A stretch of DNA of 64,000 bases from Chthoniobacterales bacterium (GCA_038240025.1 JBBSED010000005.1:95134-159133); one strand, 5' to 3'; numbered from the stretch's first letter, positions 12,488-22,686 are shown. Notes: a model not told the origin generated them from the letters alone. Numbers and translations: made by a program.

Positions 12488-13474
12488 TTAGGCACCGCGG
12501 CTGGCGCGGGAGGTGTTCAGGCTGCGGAGAAAGAGTTGCCCGAGCAGGTTCGCGAGAATGGTGATGCCGAAAAGGACGAGGCCGATCTCAAAAAGCGCCT
12601 GCAAATAAAGATCGCTCGTCGCCTCGGTGAACTCGTTCGCGATCACGCTCGCGAGGGTGTAGCCGGGCTTGAAAAGAGAAGCGGCGATCTGTGGCGTATT
12701 GCCGATCACCATTGTGACCGCCATCGTCTCGCCAAGCGCGCGGCCGAGCCCGAGAATGACCGCACCGAAGAGGCCGCGCTTGGCGTAGCTGAGGACCGCG
12801 ATACGGGTCACTTCCCAGCGGGTCGCGCCGAGGGCGTAGGCAGCTTCCCGCTGGAGGTTCGGCACACTGCGCAGGATCTCGCGCGAGACCGAGGTGATGA
12901 TCGGCAGGATCATGATCGCGATGATGATGCCGCCCGCGAGCATGCAGACGCCGTAGATCGGTCCGGTAAAAAGCCCGGTCCAGGCAAAGTATTTCTTGAG
13001 CCAGGGAAACGGGTAGTCCCGCAACCACGGGATCATGACGAAGATGCCCCAGAGACCGAGGATAACGCTCGGGATCGCTGCGAGCATTTCGATCAGCGAA
13101 GTGAGCGGCTGGCGAATCCAGAGCGGCGCGAGCTCGGTGAGATAAACCGCGGTCGCGATGCTCAACGGCACGGCGATGACGAGCGCGATGAGCGAGGAAA
13201 CAACGGTCCCGTAGATGAACGGGAGCGCGCCGAACTGTTCGGCGACCGGATCCCAGGTCGAAGTCCCGAGGAAGTTGAAGCCGAATTTTTTGATCGAAAG
13301 AAACGAGCCGGCGGCGAGTTGCCAGCCGACCAGGAAAACCAGGACGACGACCGCGAGCGCCATCCCGAGGGTGAGCCATTCAAACGCTCGATCCGCGAAG
13401 CGCGAAGGCGGAGGCAACTCGACCCGACGGCGCGCCTGCGGGAGCGCGGCGGGCATCGGTGCGACGACTGGCAT
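12488..13474 (-). CDS. pstC: Phosphate ABC transporter permease PstC
   Basis: Family-typical permease; stop codon lies inside a TCGTTAGGC motif copy. Confidence 0.8.
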   Translation of the reverse strand: MPVVAPMPAALPQARRRVELPPPSRFADRAFEWLTLGMALAVVVLVFLVGWQLAAGSFLSIKKFGFNFLGTSTWDPVAEQFGALPFIYGTVVSSLIALVIAVPLSIATAVYLTELAPLWIRQPLTSLIEMLAAIPSVILGLWGIFVMIPWLRDYPFPWLKKYFAWTGLFTGPIYGVCMLAGGIIIAIMILPIITSVSREILRSVPNLQREAAYALGATRWEVTRIAVLSYAKRGLFGAVILGLGRALGETMAVTMVIGNTPQIAASLFKPGYTLASVIANEFTEATSDLYLQALFEIGLVLFGITILANLLGQLFLRSLNTSRASRGA

Positions 13475-13544
13475 TTGCTTTTAACCGGGAAACCAACGGA
13501 GCCGCGCCGGCGTGGAACCAGGCGGGGCGCGAAGGCTGGCGGTG

Positions 13545-14564
13545 CTAATACTTAATTTCGTTTATCCGATCGAGCACGCGCTTTTGCAAAGCGTCCGGCA
13601 GCGGCGCGTAATCCAAATCCTTGGCCATCGATTCGCCATCCTTCTCCGCCCATTTCAGGAACTGGACGAGCTTCTCGCCTTTCGCGTGGTCCTTCTGCTG
13701 CTGATAAACCAGCAACCAGGTGGTGCCCGCAATCGGATAGGCATCCTTGCCCGGCGCGTTCGTCATCGAGAACCGGAAGTCATCAGGAATTTCCGCCGTG
13801 GCCAGCGCCGCGGTCACCGATTCCAAGGTCGGCTTGACGAATTCGCCGGCCGCATTCTTCAAGTCGGCATACGGCATCTTGTTTTGCAGCGCGTAGATCA
13901 GCTCGACGTAGCCGATCGAGTTCGGCGTCTGCTTCACCTGACCGGAAACGCCTTCGTTGCCTTTGCCGCCGAGACCGACGGGCCAATTCACGGAAGTGTT
14001 GTTGCCGACTTTAGTTTTCCAATCCGGGCTCACCTTGCTCAGGTAATCGGTGAAAATGTAAGTCGTGCCGCTGCCGTCCGAGCGATGGCAGACGACGATG
14101 TCCTCGTTAGGCAAAGCCGCGCCGCTGTTCATCCCGGCGATCCGCGGGTCGTTCCACTTCGTGATCTTGCCGAGGTAGATATCGGCCAGAGTCGGGCCAT
14201 CGAGCTTCAACGCCGGGCTGCCCGGCAAGTTATAGGTGATCGTGACCGCGCCGGCCACCGTGGGGATGTGGAGCAATTTGCCCGGCGCCTTGGCCAGGTT
14301 TTCATCGCTCATCGGGCCATCGGATGCGCCGAAGTCCACAGTCTGGGCGAGGACCTGTTTCTGGCCGCCACCCGAACCGATCGACTGGTAATTGAAGCGG
14401 ACCGACGGATCGACTTTGGCGTAAGCGTCGAACCATTTGGAATAAATCGGATAGGGAAAAGTCGCGCCGGCGCCGTTGATCGTCATCTGGGCGGAGGCCG
14501 TGGCGGCGACGCCGGAGAGGAGCAATCCCGCGAGGGAGGTGCGTGAGAGAGAGTGGAGTTTCAT
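13545..14564 (-). CDS. pstS: Phosphate-binding periplasmic protein PstS
   Basis: Signal peptide plus GAGATFPYP phosphate-binding motif. Confidence 0.85.
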   Translation of the reverse strand: MKLHSLSRTSLAGLLLSGVAATASAQMTINGAGATFPYPIYSKWFDAYAKVDPSVRFNYQSIGSGGGQKQVLAQTVDFGASDGPMSDENLAKAPGKLLHIPTVAGAVTITYNLPGSPALKLDGPTLADIYLGKITKWNDPRIAGMNSGAALPNEDIVVCHRSDGSGTTYIFTDYLSKVSPDWKTKVGNNTSVNWPVGLGGKGNEGVSGQVKQTPNSIGYVELIYALQNKMPYADLKNAAGEFVKPTLESVTAALATAEIPDDFRFSMTNAPGKDAYPIAGTTWLLVYQQQKDHAKGEKLVQFLKWAEKDGESMAKDLDYAPLPDALQKRVLDRINEIKY

Positions 14565-14608
14565 CTGCCGGCACCGTTCCGCAGCGGCCCCGGCAGGGTC
14601 AAAAAATT

Positions 14609-14630
14609 TACTGTTACAATCCCATGACGC
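14609..14630 (-). promoter_or_regulatory. Candidate Pho box upstream of pstS
   Basis: On the pstS strand: GCGTCAT-GGGA-TTGTAAC-AGTA, i.e. two CTGTCAT-like 7-mers with 11-nt periodicity ~50 nt upstream of the start, followed by TAAATT. Confidence 0.35.
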
Positions 14631-14673
14631 GAATTCGTTAGGCAGAGTGAATCCGCGCCGGAAACCACCTCCG

Positions 14674-14979
14674 CTAATCGGTCAGCGTGTGGGTCGCGTG
14701 CGTCACCGCGGCGCCGGCCCGGAGCGCGGCGGAGACCATCGCCGTCTCGACTAATTCCGCCTCGGTCGCACCCGCTTTGCGGGCGTTCCCGGCATGGACG
14801 TCGATGCATTACGGGCACTGCGTGGTGTGCGCGACCGCGACCGCGATCAGCTCTTTGTATTTCACCGGGATCGCGCCGTCGGCGAGGGCCGCCTTGTCGA
14901 AAGCCCAGAAAGCTTTCATCACCTCGGGCGCCAGGGAGTCCATCTTCTTCAACCGGCCAAGATTGCTTTTGTTGTACAT
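14674..14979 (-). pseudogene. AhpD-like carboxymuconolactone decarboxylase family gene with an in-frame TAA inside the catalytic CxxC motif
   Basis: Hand translation gives MYNKSNLGRLKKMDSLAPEVMKAFWAFDKAALADGAIPVKYKELIAVAVAHTTQCP*CIDVHAGNARKAG...; family motif is CPYC-x3-H; the TAA (nt 14809-14811) replaces the Tyr codon. Confidence 0.55.
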
Positions 14980-15084
14980 AAATTACCCGAAACATGAGGA
15001 CCGGGAACGGCCCGGACAAGCTGATTTTGCGAAAGCCCGCGTTCGCAAAAGGCATCGTCGACAGCCAGCCGCCTCGGATTTAGA

Positions 15085-15742
15085 TCAGCGACTGCTGCTG
15101 GCCGCGGCCTCAGCCTTTGCCTTCTTGAAGTTCAGGTTCGGCTCGTAATCGGGGTGCTCGGCGCGCTCCGTTCCATCCAGTAAGCCCTCAATTGTCGGCA
15201 ACTGGACTCGCGCGAACTTCTTTCCCGCCATACTTTCGTAGAACCCGACCGAGGCCGCATCCTTCACCATCGCCGGCGTCGGTTGATCTATCGAAATAAA
15301 GAGCGCGATCTCGGCTTTCTCCCGTTCGCGTACATGATTCAGCGCACCCACGTCATCCGGCTTGATCCCGCCGCCCTTCACACTCACCACGATCTTGCGC
15401 ACTTGCCTTCCGGTCGAGGTCGCGGAAGAACTTCACCCCATCAATACCGGTATCGGCGCCTTTCTTCTTTCTCTGGGACGGCTGCGCCTCGATGAGCGAC
15501 ACCGCCCACCACTGGAATTGATACTTATCGCGCTCCGCCAGGTTGCGCGCGCCATCGAGGTCTTTTGGCGTGCCGTGGACTTCAAACTTCGCCCAGCCTT
15601 TGTAGCGATCCTTCAGCCGCTTCTCGAGCCAGCATTCGCGGCCGGGGACGAGGCGTTTGACCATATACCTCCTTAGGCATATAGATTCGCCCATGAAACT
15701 CGACGAATTGAAATCCCTGCTCCGCGCCCATCCCGAGGCCAC
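15085..15742 (-). pseudogene. Mrr-like (PD-(D/E)xK) restriction endonuclease domain gene, frameshifted
   Basis: Two overlapping ORFs in different frames (15353..15742 and 15085..15402) together give ...KKKGADTGIDGVKFFRDLD / IVVSVKGGGIKPDDV..., matching the Mrr_cat pattern. Confidence 0.45.
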
Positions 15743-16175
15743 TCCGCGTTTCTTCCTGCCGGATGGCGATGCGATTCCCGCTCATTTTCACATCACCGAG
15801 GTGGGGCATGTGGCGAAGCGTTTCGTGGATTGCGGCGGCACCGTGCACGACTCGCGCGAGACTTGTCTTCTCCAGACTTATGTCGCCGGCGCTCTCGAAC
15901 ACCGGCTCGATGCGGCGACCTTCACGAAAATCCTCGACCTCGGGAAAGCGGTCCTGCCCGGCGACGATCTCGAGGTGGAGGTGGAATACGATTGCTGCGT
16001 GACCGCGCAATATCCGATCGCGAGCGCGCAGTCCTCCGGGGCGCATCTCGATTTCCAACTCGAAGCGAGACACACCGATTGTCTCGCGAAAGAGAAGTGC
16101 GGGATCGAATCCGGCTGCTGCGGCGATGGCGACAGCGCAGAGGCCGCGGCAATGACGACTAGCTGCTGCTGTTAG
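15693..16175 (+). CDS. Hypothetical protein with Cys-rich C-terminus (CGIESGCCGDGD...SCCC), putative metal-binding
   Basis: Sits at the head of the CDF-ArsR-aquaporin-ArsC cassette; no family confidently recognised. Confidence 0.35.
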   Translation: MKLDELKSLLRAHPEATPRFFLPDGDAIPAHFHITEVGHVAKRFVDCGGTVHDSRETCLLQTYVAGALEHRLDAATFTKILDLGKAVLPGDDLEVEVEYDCCVTAQYPIASAQSSGAHLDFQLEARHTDCLAKEKCGIESGCCGDGDSAEAAAMTTSCCC

Positions 16176-16187
16176 GACCGAAGCCAC

Positions 16188-16808
16188 ATGGGATGCTCCT
16201 GCGCCAGCGAACCCGCGGACGACCGGCAGCGCCGCGTCCTGGTTCTCGCGCTCACGCTTAACGCGATCATGTTCGTGGTCGGCCTCGTCGGCGGGATCTT
16301 CGCGCAGTCGATCGGGCTGGTGGCCGATTCGCTCGACATGCTGGCCGATACGCTCGCTTACGCGATCGCGCTCTACGCGATCGGTCGCTCGCTCCTGTTC
16401 AAAGCGCAGGCCGCTCGCCGGACCGGCATCTTTCTGGTTTTCCTCGGGCTGGGAGTTTTCGTGGACGCGGGGCGGCGCGCGCTCTTCGGGGCGGCGCCGG
16501 AAAGCCTGGTGATGTTGATCATCGCGGGGATTTCGCTGGGGGTGAACTCGCTCGTTCTGTATCTGCTCACCGCCTACCAGAAGGACGAAGTGCATCTCCG
16601 CGCGACCTGGCTCTGCACCCGCGCCGATGTGGTCGCAAACGTCGCGGTGATCGCTTCCGCCGTGGTCCTGCGGGTGAGCGGCTGGCGTTTCATCGACCCT
16701 CTCGTGGGCGCGGCGATCGGCGCTTACATCGTGAAGGAGGCGTGGGAAATCCTCCGCAACGCGCGCGCGGCTCGCAGCGAGGCGGGAGCTTTGCCGGTCT
16801 TGGAATGA
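16188..16808 (+). CDS. Cation diffusion facilitator family metal efflux transporter
   Basis: Six TM helices, N-terminal His/Cys-rich tail, CzcD-like sequence. Confidence 0.7.
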   Translation: MGCSCASEPADDRQRRVLVLALTLNAIMFVVGLVGGIFAQSIGLVADSLDMLADTLAYAIALYAIGRSLLFKAQAARRTGIFLVFLGLGVFVDAGRRALFGAAPESLVMLIIAGISLGVNSLVLYLLTAYQKDEVHLRATWLCTRADVVANVAVIASAVVLRVSGWRFIDPLVGAAIGAYIVKEAWEILRNARAARSEAGALPVLE

Positions 16809-17179
16809 CGAGCCTGGTCCAAATCTACGAGTGCCTCTGCGACCGGACGCGGCTGCGCATTTTGCATCTGCTCGGGCAAGGGCCGCTCTGTGTCTGCCAT
16901 TTCCAGGAAGTGCTCGGCGAAGCGCAGGTGAAGATCTCCAAGCACCTCGCCTACCTCCGGGCTCGGGCACTGGTCGAGACGGAGCGGAGCGGGAATTGGA
17001 TCATCTATTCCTTGCCGGCCCGGCGCGCGGCGGAGCTGGAGGCAAACCTGAAGTGCCTGCAGGATTGCGCGCAGGGCGATCCGCAGTTCCGACGGGATCT
17101 GGAGAAATTGGCGACGCTGGACTTGGAGTGCTGCGGGATCGGGGAGGTGCTGGCGCGGCGGAAGGCGCGGAGCGCGTGA
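16805..17179 (+). CDS. arsR: ArsR/SmtB family metalloregulatory transcriptional repressor
   Basis: Winged HTH with ECLCDRTRLRILHLL and CVC metal site. Confidence 0.7.
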   Translation: MTSLVQIYECLCDRTRLRILHLLGQGPLCVCHFQEVLGEAQVKISKHLAYLRARALVETERSGNWIIYSLPARRAAELEANLKCLQDCAQGDPQFRRDLEKLATLDLECCGIGEVLARRKARSA

Positions 17180-17853
17180 AGAAGTATTTGGCCGAGCTCA
17201 TCGGCACCTTCTCGATGGTCTTCGCCGGCACGGGCGCGATCGTGATCGATCAGGCGAGCGGCGGTGCGGTCACGCATGTCGGCGTGGGCCTCACCTTCGG
17301 GCTCGTGGTCATGGCGATGATCTACGCGCTCGGCGATGTCTCGGGCGCGCATCTCAATCCGGCGGTGACGATCGGTTTCTGGGCGGCGCGGCGCTTGCCG
17401 GGGGCGCAAGTGGCTCCTTACATCGCGAGTCAATCCGCCGGCGCGCTGCTCGCCAGTGGCGCCTTGCGCTATCTCTTCCCGACCGATGCGACCCTGGGCG
17501 GCACCGTGCCCGCGGGCGCGGCGAGTCAGTCGTTCGTCCTCGAACTGATCCTCACGTTCATCCTCATGTTCGTGATTCTCGCCGTCTCGACCGGAGCGAA
17601 GGAACGCGGGATTACCGCCGGGATCGCGGTTGGTGGAGTGATCGCCCTGGAGGCACTTTTCGCCGGTCCGATCTGCGGGGCCTCGATGAATCCGGCGCGG
17701 TCGTTAGGCCCGGCGCTCGTCTCCGGACATTTCGGCGCGCTCTGGATTTATCTGCTCGCGCCGGTGGCCGGGGCGCTCCTCGGAGTCGCCGCCTGCCGCT
17801 GCGTGCGGGACGATGCCTTCGGCCTGGCTACATCGAAAGCCGTTAGGTCATGA
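17176..17853 (+). CDS. MIP/aquaporin family channel (aquaglyceroporin; arsenite channel in this context)
   Basis: Two NPA boxes (HLNPAVT, SMNPARS); GTG start overlapping the arsR stop. Confidence 0.7.
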   Translation: MKKYLAELIGTFSMVFAGTGAIVIDQASGGAVTHVGVGLTFGLVVMAMIYALGDVSGAHLNPAVTIGFWAARRLPGAQVAPYIASQSAGALLASGALRYLFPTDATLGGTVPAGAASQSFVLELILTFILMFVILAVSTGAKERGITAGIAVGGVIALEALFAGPICGASMNPARSLGPALVSGHFGALWIYLLAPVAGALLGVAACRCVRDDAFGLATSKAVRS

Positions 17854-18296
17854 ACAAACAAAAGGTCCTCTTCATCTGCATCCACAACAGCGCGCGCAGC
17901 CAAATGGCGGAAGCGTGGTTGAACCATATCTGCGGAGATTATTTCGAAGCCCAAAGCGCCGGCCTCGAGCCCGGAGTAATGAATCCGCTGGTGGTCGAAG
18001 CGATGCACGAAGTGGGGATCGATCTTTCGCAGAAGCGGACCCAAGGGGTCTTTGACGTCTGGAAATCCGGGCAACTCTTTGCCTACGTCGTTACCGTCTG
18101 CGACGAATCGAGTGCGGAGGGTTGTCCCATCTTTCCGGGTCACGGCAAGAAACTTCACTGGGGATTTCCCGATCCCTCCGCGCTCACCGGCAGCCGCGAG
18201 GAAAAGCTGGCGAGGATGCGCGAAATCCGCGACGACATCCGGCGGAAAGTCGAGTCGTGGTGCGACGAAGTCTGCGCCCGGCCTGCTTCTGCCTAA
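17850..18296 (+). CDS. arsC: Arsenate reductase, LMW-PTP type
   Basis: CIHNSARSQMAE P-loop; stop TAA lies inside the motif. Confidence 0.75.
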   Translation: MNKQKVLFICIHNSARSQMAEAWLNHICGDYFEAQSAGLEPGVMNPLVVEAMHEVGIDLSQKRTQGVFDVWKSGQLFAYVVTVCDESSAEGCPIFPGHGKKLHWGFPDPSALTGSREEKLARMREIRDDIRRKVESWCDEVCARPASA

Positions 18297-18305
18297 CGAA
18301 CCCGC

Positions 18306-19823
18306 TCAGCTGTGCTCTGAGACCTCGGCTTCCGCGAGGGCGGCCCGGCCATGTTTGCCTTCGATCTCGTCGATGTATTTCCGGGTCGCGGCGGGGAGCG
18401 CATGCCAGACGCGCCAGGCGAGGAGGGCGCCGATGAGGGCGAAAGGGATGAGGAACACCGGCCACCATTGCCAGCCGGCGTGGGTGACGAGATAACCCAC
18501 GCCTAACGACTGCAGGCCGCTGCCGAGATAGACGAAACCGTCGATGATCCCCGAGCAGGTGGCGGTGGCTTTGCGCCCGCCGAAATCGGCCGCCGCGGTG
18601 CCCGACATGAGGGAGTGCACGCCGGTCACGGCCGCGACGATGCCGAGCGCGGCCACGCCGACGACGAGAGGGCGGGCGAAAATGTTCAGCGCCATCACGC
18701 CCGCGAGCAGAGCCATGAGCCCGCTAAAAATCGCCACTGGCGGTCCGCGCCGGGAATGGAAGAGCTTGTCGGAGATCAAGCCGCCGGCGAAGCCGCCGAT
18801 GATCCCGAAGATGCACAGCAGCAGTCCCCAGTGCGCCACGATGCCTTCGGCGCCGATCTGTTTCACCTCGTGCCCGAAGATCGTGTACCACTGCATGATC
18901 CCGTTGCGGAGCACGCCGGCGGTCAGCTCGATGCAGGCGAACAGGAGCATCAACGGGTTCAGGAAAACCTTCTTCAGCAGGTCGAGGGTCGAATATTTCT
19001 CGTCCATCTTGCCCGTCGAAGCGTCGTCGGTCTCGAGGTAAGCGAAGCCGGCTTCCTCCGGGGTGTCCTTGATCAGGAAAACATCGAGCACCGCCCAAGC
19101 GACGAGGATCGCCGCCGGCACGAAGAAGACCGCCCAGGTCGCGCCGATCGTCGCGCCCTCGGGCAGGAAAAGGCGTCGGAGCAAAGTCTGCAGCCACGAA
19201 CCGCCAGCCGGCTCGGTGGCCTTGGTCATGTTCACGATCGCCTGTCCCCAATCGAAGGCGAAATAGACGCCGAACGAGATCAGCGTCCCGAAGATCGCGC
19301 CAAAGATGCCGCGCTCGCGCACGTGAAACCAGTTCGCTTTCACCTTGATAATCGAGACGGCGCCGTAGCTCTGGAAATACATGTTAAGCGCGTAGAGGGC
19401 GGAGAAGATGCCGACCAGCTTCACCTGCAACCGGCCGGTCAGGACCAGCCGGGTAACCACCCCGAGCGCCGTATTCGCCGCGGCCGCTCCGAGCGCCGCG
19501 ATAAGGATGCCCTTCTTCCCGCCAATCTTGTCGACGAGCGGCCCATTAACCAAAAACGAGAAGGCATAAGTGAGCGTGCCCGCGGCGAAAATGAGGCCGA
19601 AATCCTCGTTCGAAAGTCCGCGGCCGAGCGCGTTCTTCGCGACCGTGAGATTGTAGCGTCCCATGTAGAGGAACGAGTAGGTCATCCCGAGCGGGAACCA
19701 GTTCAGGAAACGCCGGCTCAGAAACCACGAGCTGTGCCGGAGGGGGTTGTTGTAAAAATAGAGCCCGACGACAACGGCCAGGCAGATGAAGACAATCGCG
19801 AGCGACATACGGGCCCGCTTCAA
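18306..19823 (-). CDS. MFS transporter, organophosphate:Pi antiporter (GlpT/UhpC-like) family
   Basis: 12 TM helices; N-terminal region matches the OPA-family pattern around RYNLTVAKNALGRGLSNEDFG. Confidence 0.55.
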   Translation of the reverse strand: MKRARMSLAIVFICLAVVVGLYFYNNPLRHSSWFLSRRFLNWFPLGMTYSFLYMGRYNLTVAKNALGRGLSNEDFGLIFAAGTLTYAFSFLVNGPLVDKIGGKKGILIAALGAAAANTALGVVTRLVLTGRLQVKLVGIFSALYALNMYFQSYGAVSIIKVKANWFHVRERGIFGAIFGTLISFGVYFAFDWGQAIVNMTKATEPAGGSWLQTLLRRLFLPEGATIGATWAVFFVPAAILVAWAVLDVFLIKDTPEEAGFAYLETDDASTGKMDEKYSTLDLLKKVFLNPLMLLFACIELTAGVLRNGIMQWYTIFGHEVKQIGAEGIVAHWGLLLCIFGIIGGFAGGLISDKLFHSRRGPPVAIFSGLMALLAGVMALNIFARPLVVGVAALGIVAAVTGVHSLMSGTAAADFGGRKATATCSGIIDGFVYLGSGLQSLGVGYLVTHAGWQWWPVFLIPFALIGALLAWRVWHALPAATRKYIDEIEGKHGRAALAEAEVSEHS

Positions 19824-20837
19824 TCGAGCATCGGCCCCTTATGGGCAACGACGCGCTGGGGGTCAAAGCCGGAAATGTTACGATCAGGTGACGCACCACG
19901 GAGGGGAAGGGACTCCTGGCTATCGCCCGCGCGCGCCTCAGAGCAGCCGAAAAGCTTGCACGGTCTGAATCATCGGCCACAACGAGAGCGCCGCGAGGAG
20001 CCCGAAGATGGCCAACTCGATCAGAAACCAGCGGGTCGATTCCCGCTGCACGAATTGGCGCTGGAGCCGCCACCAGGCGGGGGCGGAGAAAGTCGTCGCC
20101 GTGGGATCTTTCGTGACGGTGAGAGTGAGAGAAGGATTAAGCATAGGAAGGGTAATAGTTAAGATAACTACCCATCCTTTAGCGCGAGCTGGCAGAGTGT
20201 CAGGTTACGAACCGTGAAGATCGCGTGACCTCTGGGTGACGCCGTTCCCCCTGCCGGCCCCTCGCTTATGCGTCGTCGGCACCACCGTCCGGCCTGACGA
20301 CGGCAGCGGTGGCACGGTCCAAATTCCCTTCATCTATCGCGACGGCCGGATGTTCGATCTGGAAACGTTAGTCGATGAGTCTGGAGCGACGCTGTGGCCA
20401 TTACGCGCGCCAAGTACCACCGTGGAGTCCTTCACGTGACAGCAACGCCTCCGCCGTGTTGAAAGTTTACGTAACTTCGACAGGCTCGCTCATTGGCGCA
20501 CTGAGCCTTAAGGCGCGTGTCTAGAGGCAAGTTCTCCTTGGCCACTAACTCGGTGAATGTTACGGAAAAAGCGACTTGGGAAGTCGTGCCATGAAATCCA
20601 TGACTCTCTCCGGACTTGCATTGGAGCGTGTCATGCACTTTGGCGCCGCCGCTTGACGGAAGACAGGCATCTTTGCCTGTTCTGGCTGACGGGCTTCCAG
20701 CTGTCGCTTCAAAGCGAAAGGAAAAAAGATTCCTATCTCCGCGGCGCATCCGTTTGCAGCATCGAAGTGCTGCCACTCTCTCGTGCAGCGTAACCTCAAC
20801 TTGTGAGACGCGGGAGTCGCTTCGCTCTCCGCACTTT

Positions 20838-20908
20838 CACCTACACTTACACCTGACTTTTCGCAGGTGTTCCAGGGAGTGTAAGTGCAAGTGTAGGTGC
20901 AAGTCAGG
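20838..20908. repeat. Solo inverted-repeat element built from ACACCTAC/ACACTTAC units (same family flanks the 38.8-39.2 kb four-helix-bundle gene)
   Basis: CACCTACACTTACACCTGACTT ... GTGTAAGTGCAAGTGTAGGTGCAAGTCAGG with a ~20-nt spacer. Confidence 0.5.
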
Positions 20909-20910
20909 AC

Positions 20911-20944
20911 GGCAAAACGCCCCGGGCCTGTCCTGACCCGGGGC
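20911..20944 (-). terminator. Rho-independent terminator of the 20988..22544 gene
   Basis: GCCCCGGG-10 nt loop-CCCGGGGC followed on the minus strand by GUUUUGCC. Confidence 0.6.
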
Positions 20945-20987
20945 GCTGCTGCCTAACGCCTAACCAATGCGCGCGCCTGCGCCGAAG

Positions 20988-22544
20988 TTATTCGCCTGCC
21001 GAGTCGCCGGGAGTCAGGGCCTTCACTTCGAAGAGATTGTTCTCTCCGTGTTGCTGGGTGAAAAAGAGACGCCCTTGCCGCGGATTCGGAATCCTTCCTC
21101 CGATCAATCCCGCGATCGAGCTGTCGCCATCTGAGAAATGCACGCCGGTCGGTTCGTTATCCTCGTCGATCGCCATCCGATCCTGACCGAGCGCGAGAAA
21201 ACGCGAGCCCGCTCCGCCGATTGCATTCACGTCGTAGGCCCAGATCGAGTCGAGCTTGTCGAGCTGATCATGGAGGGTATCGCCGCGATCCTCAGCTGCG
21301 AGCACGGTCGTGCGGCTGGTGAAGGTCAGGTTATCGAAGCTTGCGTGATCGGCATCGCCCAGCACCACGATGGAGAGGGTGCCGGTCTCGCGGCTCGAGT
21401 CGAGGTCGACCCGGAAGATGCCGCCCCATGCTCCGCGCGCGGCTAGCGCCGGATCGTTCCCGGCGTTCGCGTCGGTGTCACCGGTGATGTCGAAAACAAA
21501 CGTCTGGAACTGCGAGCCCGGCTTGAATTGCGCGTTCTCCGGGCGCTTGAACGGCGTCGCGCCGGCAGCCTTGGCGGCCGCGTTCGCGTCGAAGTCGGCG
21601 GTTCCATCGACCGCTGTGTCGTGCACCGTCACCCACTGCACCGGATAGCTGGTGCCGAGCGTGTGGAGCTTGAGCTGATTCTCCGAGAGCGTGTCGCCCG
21701 TCGGCACGAAGACGACCGGCTGGCCGTCGATGCTTACCTGGAGCGCCTGCAGTTTACCCTGGGTGAGATCGGACGGGTTCGTGGGCACGAAACGGTAGAC
21801 GAACGAGTTCGGATTCTTCGCGAAACCGAAGAGGGCGCCGCCCACGTCTTCGATGATGAGAATGTTCCCCTGGTCGTCCGCATGAATGCCTTCATAACCG
21901 CCGCGGCCGAGGCTCCCATAAAGGGTGCGCAGACCAGCACCGCCGCCGCTATTCGCGTCGAAGTCCGCGCTCACCTCGATCACGCCACCGACCGTCCCGC
22001 GCTCCTGCGCGAAGAGGAGCGATTGGCTGCTCGGATTCCAGGACGAGCCATCGATGCTGTTGAAATGCGTGAGTCCATCCGCGCCCGGGGGAGTGAGGAG
22101 CGTCACCCGATGGTCGGGGTTCGAGACATCGAGGTTGATGCGGGTGAGGTAGGCGAGGTCGCCGCTGTTTTCGTGGCCTTGGAAAAGGAAGTGCCGGCCG
22201 TAGTCATAGTCGGGCGTTGGGCCGCCGGGGTTATGGTCGAGGATGAGATAGGTGTTCTCATCCGGCTCGGTGCGGGTGACCCCATCCGCGAGATAACCAT
22301 AACGTGCGAACGCGCCGTTCGGGTTTTCGAGCAGGTCGATACCTTGCTCGCGCAGGTCGAGGGTGAAGCCGCTGGCGATGATGTTATCCGAGACGACGAC
22401 CGGGTTGGCGTCCGGCACGCTCGGCACGGGTCGACCGAAGACGCGGATCTGACCGGCCGAAGCGCCCGCGGCCAAAGCCGAGGTCGCGAGTAGACTAACG
22501 AGAAGAGTTTTTTTGATCATGGGATTGAATGCGAAGGACTGCAT
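20988..22544 (-). CDS. Secreted hypothetical protein (possibly PhoX-like/DUF839 or phytase-like esterase; unresolved)
   Basis: Sec signal peptide, Asp/Gly/Asn-rich repeats; located among Pho-regulon genes. Confidence 0.3.
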   Translation of the reverse strand: MQSFAFNPMIKKTLLVSLLATSALAAGASAGQIRVFGRPVPSVPDANPVVVSDNIIASGFTLDLREQGIDLLENPNGAFARYGYLADGVTRTEPDENTYLILDHNPGGPTPDYDYGRHFLFQGHENSGDLAYLTRINLDVSNPDHRVTLLTPPGADGLTHFNSIDGSSWNPSSQSLLFAQERGTVGGVIEVSADFDANSGGGAGLRTLYGSLGRGGYEGIHADDQGNILIIEDVGGALFGFAKNPNSFVYRFVPTNPSDLTQGKLQALQVSIDGQPVVFVPTGDTLSENQLKLHTLGTSYPVQWVTVHDTAVDGTADFDANAAAKAAGATPFKRPENAQFKPGSQFQTFVFDITGDTDANAGNDPALAARGAWGGIFRVDLDSSRETGTLSIVVLGDADHASFDNLTFTSRTTVLAAEDRGDTLHDQLDKLDSIWAYDVNAIGGAGSRFLALGQDRMAIDEDNEPTGVHFSDGDSSIAGLIGGRIPNPRQGRLFFTQQHGENNLFEVKALTPGDSAGE

Positions 22545-22686
22545 GGAGTTGGTTTGATGGTTGGTTGCGACGACGAACCCGCCGTCTGGAGAGCAAGTTG
22601 GCGGACGTTTGTGGCGTCCAAGTGAAGCGGACGTGACGTTCCGGTGAATTCCGCCAGCGAGAGGGCGCGCGCCGCCCTCGCCACGC

